DNA from: Octopus sinensis | Taxonomy: Eukaryota | DNA: 64,000 nt | Direction: 5' to 3' | Assembly (NCBI RefSeq): GCF_006345805.1 | Contig: NC_043008.1 | Coordinates: 12,648,001-12,712,000, forward strand | Shown here: piece by piece, positions 48,774 through 63,201 of the stretch | Numbering within the stretch: the first letter of the stretch is position 1 | How the letters are laid out: each line of letters begins with the position of its first letter | Notes under the pieces: model-generated | Told to the model about the DNA's origin: nothing | Databases searched by the model: none | Seen by the model: the letters and a program-made list of their open reading frames with translations, nothing else | Position numbers and translations under genes: made by a program

Positions 48774-49959
48774 ATATATACAAAGACATACTCACACACA
48801 CACTTATGTGTCAATACGTATATGATAATTACCTTTTGAGGAATTTCAGGAATAATTTTAGACGGTTGTGGGAATTGCAAAGTGAAGTAAGATCTTGATT
48901 GCTATATTAGAAGCATATGTAAATTTTCCTCATAATTATTTAGTGTATTCTGTTTTCTGTCTTGGATTTCATTTGGGATACATTATATTACATATAATGT
49001 AATATAATATTTGTTTCGTGTAACTTATGCAAATATGTCAAACTTTGATATAAGACCACGAATTATCAACGATACTCTGTACCCGATCGTATTGCATATC
49101 ACGTATTTACTAAAACCCCGTGGGGCCCCGGGAATGTTGTTTATGTATCTGCACGGCACTAATTTGAAACGAAAACGCCCACGAACATGTAGCAGGAATT
49201 ACAGTCTTCGTAAACGTGGTTATGTAGCCAGTAGCTGATACAGATGGAAAATATAGTAAAAGTGATGGAAGTTATAAATGTATTATTAGGACACATATTT
49301 CAAGAACAACAAAAGTTAATATTTCGTTTGATGGAATTCGCAGCATTTTTCTGAATATCGTGATGTTCTCTAAGTCTCTTCAAATATCTCGACACACTTG
49401 CAGTACATGTGTGGTTCGCATGTAGGTTTCATGAGAGAGGTTGGAATCGTTTGATCTTTCAGTTAGAATTTAGAAGTAGATAACGCTATAAATAATAGCG
49501 TCATAATATTATATTAAAAAAGCTGTTTAGGATAGAAAACGACAAGGCTGCCTGTGGAATTCGAACTCACAATCCTTCGAATTTCTTTATCTATTTTAGA
49601 AGCTCTGTTCTTAACAGCCGTAGTTGTATGTTGTTTACAGCATAACAATTTATAAACTTCAAGAAACTTCAAGAAACTTAAAGCAACGAACACCCCAGTG
49701 CTGGTTCAATTGTAGAACGTCTGTCATCTTGAGCTAGGATGTGAGTTCGCGATCCATGGTCAGCCTTCGACTTCTTCTATCCCAAAGGGTTTTTAATCCA
49801 ATATTCACAAACTATTATTTAGAGCTTTATCTGTAAAAATGAATTATTTCACGTCTGTCGAAATATTTAAATTCTTAAGATTTTCATAAATTATATTATA
49901 GTCAAGTACATAGCATTGGTTTTAGATATTTATTTCTCACAGAATATTGATTTCAAATT

Positions 49960-50400
49960 TTAGGACAAGGCAAGTAATTTTGAGGAGAGGGAAAGATGAT
50001 TTCAGCAATCCCCAATACTAATCTGGTACTTATTTTATCCACCCCCAATAGGATGAAAGGCAAAATCGATCCCGGTGGAATTTGAACTCAGAACGTGAAC
50101 ACAAATGAAATGCCGCTAAGAATTTCGTCCGATGTCCTAACGATTCTGGCAGCTCGTCACTTTGTTTCCTAAAAAGCAATTAATATTTGGATTTTTGTAG
50201 GGTGCTGCGAGCTGGCAGAATCGTCAGCTCGACGGGCAACATACTGAGTGATATTTCGTCCGTCTAGACGTTCTGAGTTCAAATTCCACCGAGGTCGACT
50301 TTTCCTTTTCATCCTTTGCGAGTCGATAAAATAAGCAGCAGTTAAGCACTGGGATTGATATTATCGACTAGTCCCCACCTTCTAAATTCCTGGTTTGCCA
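49960..50400. mobile_element. Two old SINE family B copies head-to-head
   Basis: A minus copy at about 49960-50160 and a plus copy at about 50200-50400. Confidence 0.75.
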
Positions 50401-50554
50401 GATTTCGAAACTATATTTGAAGCCTTGCATCTAGGAAAATTAACATAATTTTTAGTTATCGTATCGTACTTTATATTTAGCAGGAGAAGAATATGTTTGT
50501 TAAATGCCTAGGAATGTTTGTGACACAAACGATCAGGAATACGCGTTTTTTAAA

Positions 50555-50751
50555 CTTGTTTCAGTCATTTGACTGCGGCCATGCTGGAGCACCGTATTTA
50601 GTCGAGCAAATCTACCCCAGGACTTATTCTTTGAAAGCCTAGTACTTATTCTATCGGTCTTTTTTGCCGAACCGCCAAGTTACGGGCACGTAAACACACC
50701 AGCGTCGGTTGTCAAGTGATGTTGGAGGAAAAACACAGACACACAAACACG

Positions 50752-50799
<48 letters not shown>

Positions 50800-50964
50800 C
50801 ACGACGGGCTTCTTTCAGTTTACATCTAACAAATACACTCACAAGGCTTTGGTCGACCCGAGGCTGAGGTAAAAGACACTTGCCCAAGATGCCACGCAGT
50901 GGGACTGAACCCGGAACCATGTGGATTGTAAGCAAGCTAATTACCACACAGCCACTCCTGCGCC
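50555..50964 (-). mobile_element. SINE family A, full length
   Basis: Reverse-complement homology along its length. Confidence 0.92.
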
Positions 50965-52457
50965 TATATGTATATATGTATATGTATATGTGTATTATAG
51001 AATTATACGGGTAAGAAATTTGTATGTGACATATGTCTATAATACTCTGGTATATGTCCGTGTGTGTGCTGTACTTATGGTGATCAAGAATGTGTTTGTG
51101 TCACATATTAATAATGAGTGAGAATGTGATATTCGAAACCACTCATAGTTAGTCTCTTTCGTCGTTGATCGATGGCATTGCACAAATTGTAACTTAGCTA
51201 TCTCTGGTATTCCAGGGCAATTTACGAAACCAAGTACCGATTCCCAAGTGCATTTACCGCTTCTCCACTCATGGATACACAACGATGGAAATACAAGTCA
51301 ACATGCTACGAACAATCAGTATGTTCGTATCATCAATGGAGCTGTAGGGACTGCCAGAAATTGGTTAAGTTTAACTGTACATATATGCTTTAAGGTCCGT
51401 CCCTCCAAATTTTTTGTAGGGGTTTTCTCCCTTAGACCTTTTTTATACGCTTAAGATGTCACCCTATAAGGGATCAGAGGTTTAGTTTATTAATGTAGTG
51501 GACATGGTTTATGCCCGTTCATGCTCTTAGCAATCAAGGAAATGTATGTGCAACATGCTTGTATTGATTAATAATGTATGTACAGACACAACATTATACT
51601 TGTATTACTCGACCAGTCAATTCTTTAACACTATAGAATCAATACAGCAAACACTTCTGATTGAACACCAGTCGGAAAACTTGTAGAAATGGAGACGTAA
51701 CGACTGAAGTGCTGAATATCAATAGTGAAATCGTAGTAAACTTAAAGTTAGGGTTATAGACGACAAAGAACGTTTTTGGAGAAAATGCTGTATTGATTAA
51801 ATGAGTCTTGACCTGCGAATTGGAAATATTAATCAAAGACACTATAAAATAATTCTAAATGCAAACTTGTTTTGTAGTCAGATTTGCAACGGAACAAATA
51901 GGAAACGGTATGTAGTTTTGACCCAGCTGTGGTCCTCAGAGTTATGGGTATTTGAAAGGCAGAAACAGAAATGGTGTCTTCTAGAGAAAATTAGTCAAGG
52001 AATGGTGCCTCTATGCATCCACTTACCTTGCAAGAATTCGAAGCCACATCTCCCTCAAATCACAACCAAGTTTTTTTTTAAATAGTAGGATACAGTGACT
52101 GATGTAGTTTAGGAGCAGTCTGTCTGAAAAAGAAAAGATGGCATGTTCACAAGCGAAATGCCTTTGACTATTTCACCCGATCAAGACTGATCTTGGATAA
52201 ATAACACCAGGAATAAACACTCCCATTTTTAGAAATATTTTTATAAAAAGGAGAGAAAAACAAGACTTATCTTAATTGCACACACAATGTAATCTAATAT
52301 ATACAGTCTTATTTCTTACTGGCACGCAACTTTTAATGTTATGACAATGCTTGGCATCTTAAAGATAGATTTAATTAAATTGTCTAGAACTAAATATACT
52401 GGGAACAACATGATTTGTCTGTCTCCCTTTATAGAGATATATAGATATACATGTTGT

Positions 52458-52507
<50 letters not shown>

Positions 52508-52673
52508 TAAAAGAGAAAGAAAGAGAGCGAGAATAATATCTTCATTTGTGTGTACCTTGAGATTTGTGTATCTAAGTCAATGATGTCACGTAAAAACTTA
52601 TATTCCAGGTTCAGGCTTATATTCCTCTTTACTCTCTTCTGGTTATGGAGAGTGGATTTCCTCATCATATCTC

Positions 52674-53156
52674 CAGACTTTTACGGATTCCATGGACAGT
52701 GAGGCTCACCAATGGGGAAGTTCTTAAGCAGATCAGGCCGAAAATGTCGCTAGAGGCTAGGATCACCAAGCATAGATTGGCATATTTTGGTCATATTATG
52801 CGGAGAAAATCCCTGGAAAAGGACATCACAGAACCCCATGGCCGGACTGCAAAGTAACTATTTCCCGATTAGCTATGATCCGTTCGATGAAAATAGGCAC
52901 CTCAAATCAATCCCTAATCACCAGGAGAAGCAGTGAGCCCTATATAAAATGGATAAATGTTTCTTTAGTTTCTTGCACAATGTCCAAAAGAAGAGGCCGA
53001 CCAAGAACCCGCTGGCTTGACACCATCAAGAGTGATACCGGAATGGACAAAGCCAATCTGAAAGAAGCAACCCAGGATAGAACTGACTGGAGGACCCTGA
53101 TCTATCGAGTGACCGAGAGTCGACTTCGACTGAGCGGATAGATAGATAGATAGATC
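52674..53156 (+). mobile_element. RTE-clade LINE 3' fragment of the same family as 10270, carrying a 159-bp foreign insert
   Basis: LRIPWTVRLTNGEVLKQI...LAYFGHIMRRKSLEKDI [insert 52831-52989] RGRPRTRWLDTIKSDTG...VTESRLRLSG*, followed by a (GATA)n tail. Confidence 0.92.
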
Positions 53157-53199
53157 TCTAATCTCCCTTCTAACAGCGAGACTAACAAACTAAGCCGTA

Positions 53200-53720
53200 G
53201 ATGATAACATGGCAGGTTTACGTGGATTTTCCAAGTCGTTTTCAGCCAATGTTGGAAGGTCCAATTTGGTTCTCAAGCTATTGTGTGGCTAAACGCAGAG
53301 AATGACACAGGAAATACACGAATTAGACATGAAATGTACTTGTTCGTAAAGTCTCGCTTGATGTCTGCATAATGAAAGTTCGGTAATAATGATGGTTGCT
53401 TGGCGATTTGTGTGTTTTTGTGAGGAAAGCGATCTCCTCAATTAACTAAAAAAAACCTTCCTGGAGCTCCTGGAGCTCCTGAATATCAAAGGCTTCTACA
53501 ACGCTAATATGTTGGCTGTAGGCAGATCATTTCTTTCATCCATGCAGGAGAGTAACGTATAGAGAGCACGACAGTCGTAAACACTTGAATGGTATCCGTC
53601 TCCTCTGTCCAAGAAATACGACCGTTAGTTAGAGGCGGTTTAGTGTCTTCTAGAGTGCAGTCTTCAGAAATGATGTTGCCTAGGTAACGGATTAAGCGCA
53701 ACTAGATCGTATTCAGCAGC
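53200..53720 (-). mobile_element. Old RTE-like LINE fragment
   Basis: RYLGNIISEDCTLE and IQVFTTVVLSI resemble the KYLGSIIS and IQVYKAVVLSTLLYG motifs; heavily decayed. Confidence 0.55.
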
Positions 53721-53919
53721 ATGATTGAGATTGAATCGCTCGTACGCCAACAGACCTTCTCATACCACCTGCATCAGTCGAGATAGATATATAGATAGGT
53801 AGATAGATAGATAGATAGATATATAGATAGATAGATAGATAGATAAATAGATAGAGATAGATAGATAGATAAATAGATAGAGATAGATAGATAGATAAAT
53901 AAGAATAAATAGAATAAAG

Positions 53920-53970
<51 letters not shown>

Positions 53971-54150
53971 GGGGTGGGAGAGAAAGAGAGTGAGCGAGAA
54001 GGACAAACAGACAGAAACGGAGACGTTACATTAAGACAGATAGGACTCGCCACACTTGGTTGCTTTCCGGTATTTGACAAAGACAAACCAGCAGCTGTTA
54101 GCTGTAAACAAGATGCTTATAAGAAAATAGTGAGTCGCAATACATATACA

Positions 54151-54223
<73 letters not shown>

Positions 54224-54399
54224 TATATATATATACACAGATATATATATATATATATAACCGACTACCTACGCATTCCTATATTCGATACATACCATTA
54301 TCCTGTATACAAATAGACATACATCATACGAAATATATACACATATACTTATGCTCACAGAAACACGCATACACTCCTATTCGCAGTGGTGGTGTGGGG

Positions 54400-54830
54400 T
54401 AAGAAGCTCAGTTTGTAACTATCGGGTTTTGTGTTCAATATCGTTATACAGCAATTTGGACAAATGCTTTCTACTATAGTCCCAGGCTGACCAATGCCAT
54501 GTGAATGAAATTTGATAGATGGAAACGACTTGGAAGCCCATAATATATATGTATATATGTGTTTGCGCGTGTGTGTGTGTGTGAGTGAGTGTTTTGTTGT
54601 GCGTGCATTTTTTTTTGCTGCGTGTGCCTGTTTTTACCACCGTCGCTTGACGACCGGTGATGGTTTGTTTACGCCAGCAGTTGGTTTGTTTAGCAGTTGG
54701 ACAAAAAAATAAGTAACAAACTTTAAAACGAAAAATTAAGTCCTGGGGTCAATTTTTTTCATCTGAATAGATGAAGGCGGTGCTCCAGTATGGTCGCAAC
54801 CCCGACGATGAAACAAGTGAAAGAGAGATC
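54400..54830 (+). mobile_element. SINE family A, old copy
   Basis: tttggacaaatgctttctactatagtcccaggctgaccaatgcc ... aaggcggtgctccagtatggtcgca. Confidence 0.7.
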
Positions 54831-55235
54831 AAAGAAAAAGTAAAAAATACCCAAACACGCCTACACACATACGATCCTACTTACACAAACGCATGCGCAC
54901 GCACGCTCATATTCATACAGCCACACGCATGCGTACACGTGTATGTGTGTGTGTGTGTAGGAATTTACGTATGATTGACCTTTTGACACGCTAAAATCTC
55001 GACATTTTCATATTATGGTTACAGGGAATTATAACTGTTGACTGTTACCTGGTTACTGTAATGCACAATTATGTTGAAATATGGAGAACTTGCAGACGAC
55101 GCACAAAAGAGTCCACAATCTCTTATTCCTTTCTTCTCTCTTCCATGCTCCGATAATGTGCTTCTCTCACTCTGTCTCCCTCCCTCCCTCTTTTTCCCCG
55201 TATATGTATGTGTGTGTATATATATATATATATGT

Positions 55236-55269
<34 letters not shown>

Positions 55270-55376
55270 ATATACATACATATATACATAAATATAAATA
55301 CGTATACATATTAAATATTGAGTATTATATATATACATATATATATCTTAAATATTATATATAGGTATACACACAC

Positions 55377-55437
<61 letters not shown>

Positions 55438-55487
55438 TATATATATATCTTAAATATTTTATATAGGTATACACACCACACACATTG

Positions 55488-55527
<40 letters not shown>

Positions 55528-55632
55528 ATATATACATATGTATGTATGTATGTATCTATCTATATCTATATATATTTATATGTACAGAAAAGAGAAAAGT
55601 GTATATATGTACATATATACATACATACATAC

Positions 55633-55667
<35 letters not shown>

Positions 55668-57173
55668 TTATACACACGCACACACATTCATACATATGTA
55701 ATGCTCTCTCAGCGTGATCAATAAAATATGCGTATATGCCATTTTTGAAAATTTTGATAAGAGGGGCAGCTATTTATCAGTTCAGATGGTTGAGATCATA
55801 TGAACAAAGTGGTTCAGTTTGCTTAGGTGGAGAGGAGCTCTTTTCCCTTACTGGTCACAAGCTAAATAGACCTGTTTCACATCTTTCTTTCTTTCCTTCT
55901 CTCTCTCTCTCTCTTTCATTCACTTTTTGTGTTTTCGCTAGTTAATCTTTCGTGATCTAATATAAAAGATTTATTTCCGTTTTTGTAGCCATTTTCCTTC
56001 TTTTGTTTTCTGCCAGCATTTCACATTTTCCCTGCCTTTCTGCTGTATTTATTTCAAATACTTTCCCCTCTTCTTTTATTCCCCCCTTTCTCTCTCTTTT
56101 CTTTTCTATTCTTCAGCTTTACCTTTGTTTCCTCCGTATTTTTGTCTTTCCTTTTATGTTTCTGTCTCTTTATCTAGAATTTCCTGTAGGTGTTTCTGAA
56201 CTGAAAAAATAATATGTTTACACGGTGTTTGCAAAAGGACTTAGAAAGAAATATTTAAGAAGATTCAGTTTATTGAAATAATAAAACATAGAAAAATCTT
56301 ATTAGCATATACCTAAAGAAATATATGTAAACATCATTAACATATACGTGTTCTAGTTTCAACTAGCGATTCTCAGGTACAAATCTAATGATTTAACATT
56401 TGAAAGGATAGGGCAATTTAGCAACCTTTTTTCATTGATGTATACTTGTAGCAGGAATATTAACAGAGTCCTAGACACCAACTCATGGTTGATATAGGGT
56501 AAAGGCAAACTTTGTACATATGTCCTTGTTTATCTTGGGTGTTTTGTTAAAGCAAATACCACAAAAGACCGCGTAAAGTGAATCAGAGATAAATTAATAA
56601 TTAAACATATGGTTCAAATAGGTTTTGCTCCGAAACATGAAATTGTCGTGAACGTTGTAGCTGGAATGTACTTTTGCGGTCCAAGCAGAGTCTTCGATCG
56701 ATCGCCGGCTCAGGCCATAATAGATCACTTTCCGATAAACATAAATAGGTTCACATTTAACGTACTGTGTTGTCTTGAATCAGCGATGAATAAATCAATG
56801 ATAAACGAAGACAGATGTATTGTAACAACGTGTTAGCGCTGTGTGTACTTTATGATAGAGGTAAGAAAATGTGTATGACATTATTTGCGAAGCTGTCACA
56901 GAAGGCAAAATTTTCATGTAATAAACTGATACACATACCAGATTTTTGTAGCTCAACCTAATCCAAATATAACAACGAAAGATTTTGGACATTGTGCTAG
57001 AAACTAAAGAAACATTTATCCATTTTATATAGCTCTCACTGCTTTTCCTGGTGATAAGGGATTGATTTTAGGTGCCTATTTTCATCGAACGGGTCATAGC
57101 TAATCGTGAAATAATTACTTTGCAGTCCGGCCATGGGGTTCCGGTCACTGTTTTATTAACTATTATCTTATTT

Positions 57174-57580
57174 AGGAGTGGCTGTGTGGTAAGTAGCTTG
57201 TTTACAAACCACATGGTTCCGGGTTCAGTTCCACTGTGTGGAACCTTGGGCAAGTGTCTTCTACTATAGCCCCAGGCCGACCAAAGCCTTGTGAGTGGAT
57301 TTGGTAGACGGAAACTAAAAGAAGCCCGTCGTATATATGTATATATATATATATGTGTGTGTGTATATGTTTGTGTGTCTGTGTTTGTCCTCCCCCAACA
57401 TCACTTGACAACCGATGCTGGTGTGTTTACGTCCCTGTAACTTAGCGGTTCGGCAAAAGAGACCGATAGAATAAGTTCTAGGCTTACAAAGAATAAGTCC
57501 TCGGGTCGATTTGCTTGACTAAAGGCGGTGCTCCAGCATGGCCACAGTCAAATGACTGAAACAAGTAAAAGAGTAAAGAG
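57174..57580 (+). mobile_element. SINE family A, full length
   Basis: Close match to 5759-6180. Confidence 0.92.
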
Positions 57581-58863
57581 AGTTATTTAGCTGTTGTTAC
57601 TCGTTAATTAACTGACATAAATTATTAAACAGATCTACATCAGTTTCATATTATAACACAAAGATATTTTCCGGTTTCGGAGTTATAGCAGTCCTTGATT
57701 AATCTAATATGAAGTCACGTCGTTCCTACGACATATCTGTCATTGGATAAATGAATTTATTTCCCATTCTTTTCCAGTCTTTTTGATATGAGGTTATATC
57801 ACTTGATAGTCCCACTATAAAAGTCAATGATTATTCTTTTTTAAAATTGGTTCTCGAGGTACATATAAAGCTATAAATATTATCATGTAACTATTGGTAT
57901 GGAAAACTATTTCGATAGAAAAAGCCGAAGGCTGCGAGTCATTGCATCAATTCATAGCATCAGTTCCTTTCCTTCATTAAATTTGGTAATCCTGGTGAAA
58001 CTCATCTTCTGAGGCTATGCGTCCATAGACTCTCTCACAGAATTCACCCAACTTTGACATTTGGTATAATGCTGCGGGTTGCCCACAGCTCATCTTCTTT
58101 TAAGTAACCCCATTTGGGAGCCGATTTGGTTGAAGATCACTCAGCCTTCAGCAGATTGTACTGGATTACACGCTGAATAATAGTATATTTCTATCAACGG
58201 ATGAGGGAATCAGTCCAGATCTGACAAAATAGTTGCGCTATATATTTTTGTATTTTGAAGTTAGGCTATATTTTGTATTAAAGCATCGTATTGAACTATA
58301 GTGCAAAACCTATTATTTTCCTTACCATCTGTGTTTCTTCTATGGAATATGAATATTTCATCAGTGATTTCTGACTTAAGAAGAACAGAATGCAGCGACA
58401 GCGGAAACCAATGAAATTGTGTGGAGATCATGTTGTTTTTAAAGGCATTAACACTGTTTAAATATTTCTTTCTCTTATAAAAATTCCAAGTATATTGAAG
58501 CTCATTCTGATTGCTTATGAAATATCTTGATATTAAAAGACATTAAACATATAAGCAATAAAGAGATTTAACAATGTTAAGAATTATTCACAGAATATCT
58601 CATCCTCTCTATCTCTCTCCCTCTTTCTCTTACTATGTGTGTGATTATGTTAGTTTGCTTCAGGATTCAAAACACCATTCTCATATCACAAAGCAAACGA
58701 AAATCATTGTTGACATTAATGGCAAATCAATCGTGTAAAAACATTCGCGTCATGAATAAGAGAAGTTATTCGTGGTTCTGTTACGTAACGCTAATAAGAT
58801 ATTTGTTCAGGCTATCAGATAGAATATCAATAGTTCCGATTCAGTTATAGGTACAGAGTTAAA

Positions 58864-59092
58864 GGCGGCGAGCTGGCAGAAACGTTAGCACACCGGGCGA
58901 AATGCGTGGCCGTATTTCGTCTGTCGTTACGTTCTGAGTAAAAATTCCGCCGAGGTCGACTTTGCCTTTCATCCTTTCAGGGTCGATAAATTAAGTACCA
59001 GTTATGCACTCGGGTCGATGTAATCGACTTTATCCCTTTGTCTGTCCTTATTTGTCCCCTCTGTGTTTAGCCTCTTGTGGATAGTAAAGAAA
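58864..59092 (+). mobile_element. SINE family B monomer
   Basis: Full head and unit, ending gtagtaaagaaata-like. Confidence 0.9.
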
Positions 59093-59771
59093 TATATAGG
59101 CGTGGAGTTATGTCCAAAGACAGTGATGCTTTTAGAGGCTTTTTTCTTAGAGAAAAGGATCTGTTGGCAAATGATATCTCACGTTGGTGCATCTGATTGC
59201 TCTGAGCAACGACATTGATTATATAACTAAGGATTATTTGAGAGAATCGTTGCCAACTCAATCTCCGCAAAAACACCTTAACCCCCCCCCCCCACGAAAC
59301 AGCAGCAGCAGCGGCACCGGCAGCGATGATGAGAGTAACGAAGGCAGCAATAATTAAATTATCCGTAAACGCTGATAACATAACATCATATCTTGAAGCA
59401 AATAACCCGGGGAAAAGAGGGATGAGTTAACGATTCAAATATGGAGGTTAATTTTGGAAGAAACGTAATATTTATTATTTTTTTTTTGTTTCACATACAG
59501 AAGAGTCACAGATGACGTGAGTATGATACGTTGATATCTCGGTTAGACTTATTTCCTCTCGAGCAATGAAACGCGAAAATGACTATAAAATAAGTACAGC
59601 AGCAGTAGCAACAACAACAACAACAAAACAACAAAAATAATGATTATGATTATGATGATGATGATGATGATGATGATAATGATAATAAAATCTTAATGTA
59701 TAACATTTCGTGTCAAGTATTCGAAGCAAATTTGGGGTAATTCATTTCCTCTACGTACGGATGTAACTGCG

Positions 59772-59846
<75 letters not shown>

Positions 59847-59886
59847 TATGTATGTATGTATATATATATGTATGTATATATGTACG

Positions 59887-59924
<38 letters not shown>

Positions 59925-59956
59925 TATGTGTGTATATATATGTATGTATATCTATG

Positions 59957-60004
<48 letters not shown>

Positions 60005-61120
60005 ATATATTATTATATATATATATATATATATATACGTATATTTGTGTGTATGAATATATATAAATTATATATACACACAAAAACACACACACATATA
60101 TATATATATATATGAATACACATATATATACATATGTATGTATATGTATATATATATATATGCATGCATACAAGAAGAGAGATAGCTTGATAGGTAGACT
60201 GACAGATATACATACATATATATGTATACATATACACATACATGTATGCATTCTGTGTGTGTGTGTATGTGTGTGTGTGTGTGCGTGTGTTGTGTATGTT
60301 GGTATGTGTGCTGTGCGTATATTTATATCATTTTAATTACGAACATAAATAACGAAAAGCAACACGCAAATATATGAGCGCATGCGTGTATGGGAAGGAA
60401 ACAGAGAGAGGAGAAGAGAGAGAGAGAGAGAGAGTGAAAGAGAGAGAGTGAGAATGAGAGACAAAGATGGAGAGAAACGGATAGAGAGAGAGAGAGAGAT
60501 TATGTGCACGTACTTGTTACACTACAACACGTATAAGACATATTCTAATTCACACACACCACACACACTGACGTTAAATGATAATAATGATGTAGATGAT
60601 GATGCTAAATACCAGACACACACACACACACACACACACACAGGCACATATATACATAAACACAAACACATAGGCACAATCAGTGAGAGTCATTCGAAGT
60701 CTCTGAGACACATGTTGGTAATTATGGAACCGAACCACCGTTATTTCGGTTAGAGGATTACAAGGCAGTCGCATACAAGAGTATACTTTTTTTCTATCAG
60801 ACTGCGATATACCCATGAGAAAAGGAAAAACGTAGATAAAACATTCACCGTTAGATCACGCATCGTTAATTCTCTTGCTTCACTTAGACCCACGTATACG
60901 CTTTCATTCGCTCTGCATACAACGAGGCGCATACACATGTGCATACACACACACATGAACACCACATATCTGTATACATATATGCATATACATACATATA
61001 TACACACACACACATAAAAATATATGTACATATACACTATATATATACACATATAAATATAAATACATATATATATATATGTTATACATACACACCACAC
61101 CACACCACACATATATATAT

Positions 61121-61153
<33 letters not shown>

Positions 61154-61560
61154 TATATGTATGTATATATATATATGTGTGGATGTGTTATGTATGTCTT
61201 GAGATGTTTGCTTGTCTTAACGTTTGTTGTCCTCTTTAACAATTATATACATATGTGTGTATGAGTGTGTGTATGTATGTATATATATGCATACATACAT
61301 ACACTTATACACATATATTCTCTGTATTTATCCCTCTCTCTCTCTGTATACACACACGAAAAACAAATGCACACACACACACATATGTATAGAGAGAAAT
61401 AACAGGGAACGCATCAGGTTTAAGGCTTGATTACAGTATCATAGCACCAAAAGATATATAGTGTTCAACAAAAAAATTTGTAATGGATATATATATATTG
61501 TTTAATATGAGCTACAGATTATTCTGTCGTTTGTGTGTGTGTGTATATATATATATATAT

Positions 61561-61990
61561 TCTTTTATTCTTTTACTAGTTTCAGTCATTTGACTGCGGC
61601 TATGCTGGCGCACTACCTTTAGTTGAACAAATCGACACCAGGACTTATTCATTGTAAGCCTAGTACTTATTCTATCCGTCCCATTTTTGCCGAACCTCCA
61701 GGTTACTGGGACGTAAACACACCAACATCGGTTGTCAAGCGATGATGGATGGGAGAATCACAGATACATACATGCATACATATATATATATATATAATAT
61801 ATTATATATATATATATATATATATTACATACGTTTATATACGACGGGCTTCTTTCAGTTTCCGTCTGCCAAATCCACTCACAAGGCTTTGGTCGGCCTG
61901 AGGCTATAGCATAAGACACCAGCCCAAGGTGCCACGCAGTTGGACTGAGCCCGGAACCATGTAATTGGTAACAAACTGTCTACCACACAC
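61561..61990 (-). mobile_element. SINE family A, full length
   Basis: Reverse-complement homology along its length. Confidence 0.88.
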
Positions 61991-62177
61991 CCTCTCTCTC
62001 CCCTCTCTCCCTATATATATACATATGTTTGTATATATATATATATATATAATATATATACATATAATTATATGCATGTAATATATATGTGTGTATATTT
62101 AGTGCATGCATACGTACATATATATATATATCTATATATATATATCACACACATATATACGTACATATAGTGTTGGC

Positions 62178-62234
<57 letters not shown>

Positions 62235-62453
62235 AACATTATTGGTGAATTGAAGAAATGGAGCTGAACGCATGTTCTGTTTTTGTTTTTCCAACGGATT
62301 TCCTTTTTTCTTCCTGAAGAGAAAGACACAATATGGTCCATTATTCAATCGGATTTTGGTAATTTGTGCCTTTCGAAACACGTGTAGAATGAAATAAAAC
62401 GATTTCTGTTCAATCTGCGTTCAGCTCCATTTCTTCAATTCACCAATAATGTT
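62235..62453. mobile_element. Foldback/MITE-like element with perfect 38-bp terminal inverted repeats enclosing the hammerhead
   Basis: aacattattggtgaattgaagaaatggagctgaacgca (62235-62272) is the exact reverse complement of 62416-62453. It lies next to a (TA)n tract. Confidence 0.75.
62306..62394 (+). ncRNA. Type I hammerhead ribozyme with long stem II and palindromic stem III
   Basis: Stem I TTTTCTTC 62306-13 / GAATGAAA 62387-94 (7 of 8 pairs including one G-U). CTGAAGA 62314-20. Stem II GAAAG/CTTTC plus CACAA/TTGTG. GAAA 62375-78. Stem III in palindrome ACACGTGT. GUA triplet with predicted cleavage after 62386. Confidence 0.72.
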
Positions 62454-62604
62454 TTATTCAATTATCCGCACCAACGCACGGTTGCAACGCCAGATGGTTG
62501 TACCTCCAACCGTGCTGTTTACTGCTGTGATTTTTGCTACTAAGGTATCGTTAAACTTTTGATTAATCTACTACAAGATTATTCATCTTTCTATTTCACA
62601 TAAT

Positions 62605-62638
<34 letters not shown>

Positions 62639-62639
62639 G

Positions 62640-62708
<69 letters not shown>

Positions 62709-63065
62709 TCGCACACTCATAATTATGTATATGCGTGTATATGTGTAGGAATATGAGCTTGTGTGAGTTTGGCTTTTTTTTTCGTCAGGAGAAACTCTGA
62801 GAGTGAAATGTAAAATGTGGTAGGATTTCCACGCTTCTGCCAAACACATAGATTCCATGTCGATATTGGTGTTTATATCACGAATCATATGATTTTGCTC
62901 AAATGTATATCGACAGCAAGGAGAGAGTCCACTCTTCGAATATAGTCTTACTAAAAAATGCCATCGTTTGGGACTTGCACACACACAGACACACATACAT
63001 ACACACACACACACACACACAGACACGCTCGCGTAGATATACAATGACTGTATCTAGGTTTAGAT

Positions 63066-63105
<40 letters not shown>

Positions 63106-63166
63106 TGCTTATATGCATGTATATGTACATATATAAATATGTTCATGCATATATGTGAGTGTATGA

Positions 63167-63201
<35 letters not shown>

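Noticed and set aside
59067-59381. 104-aa ORF with poly-Ala/Gly
   Set aside because: Built from a SINE end, a poly-C run and a short (CAG)n; no splice or domain support.
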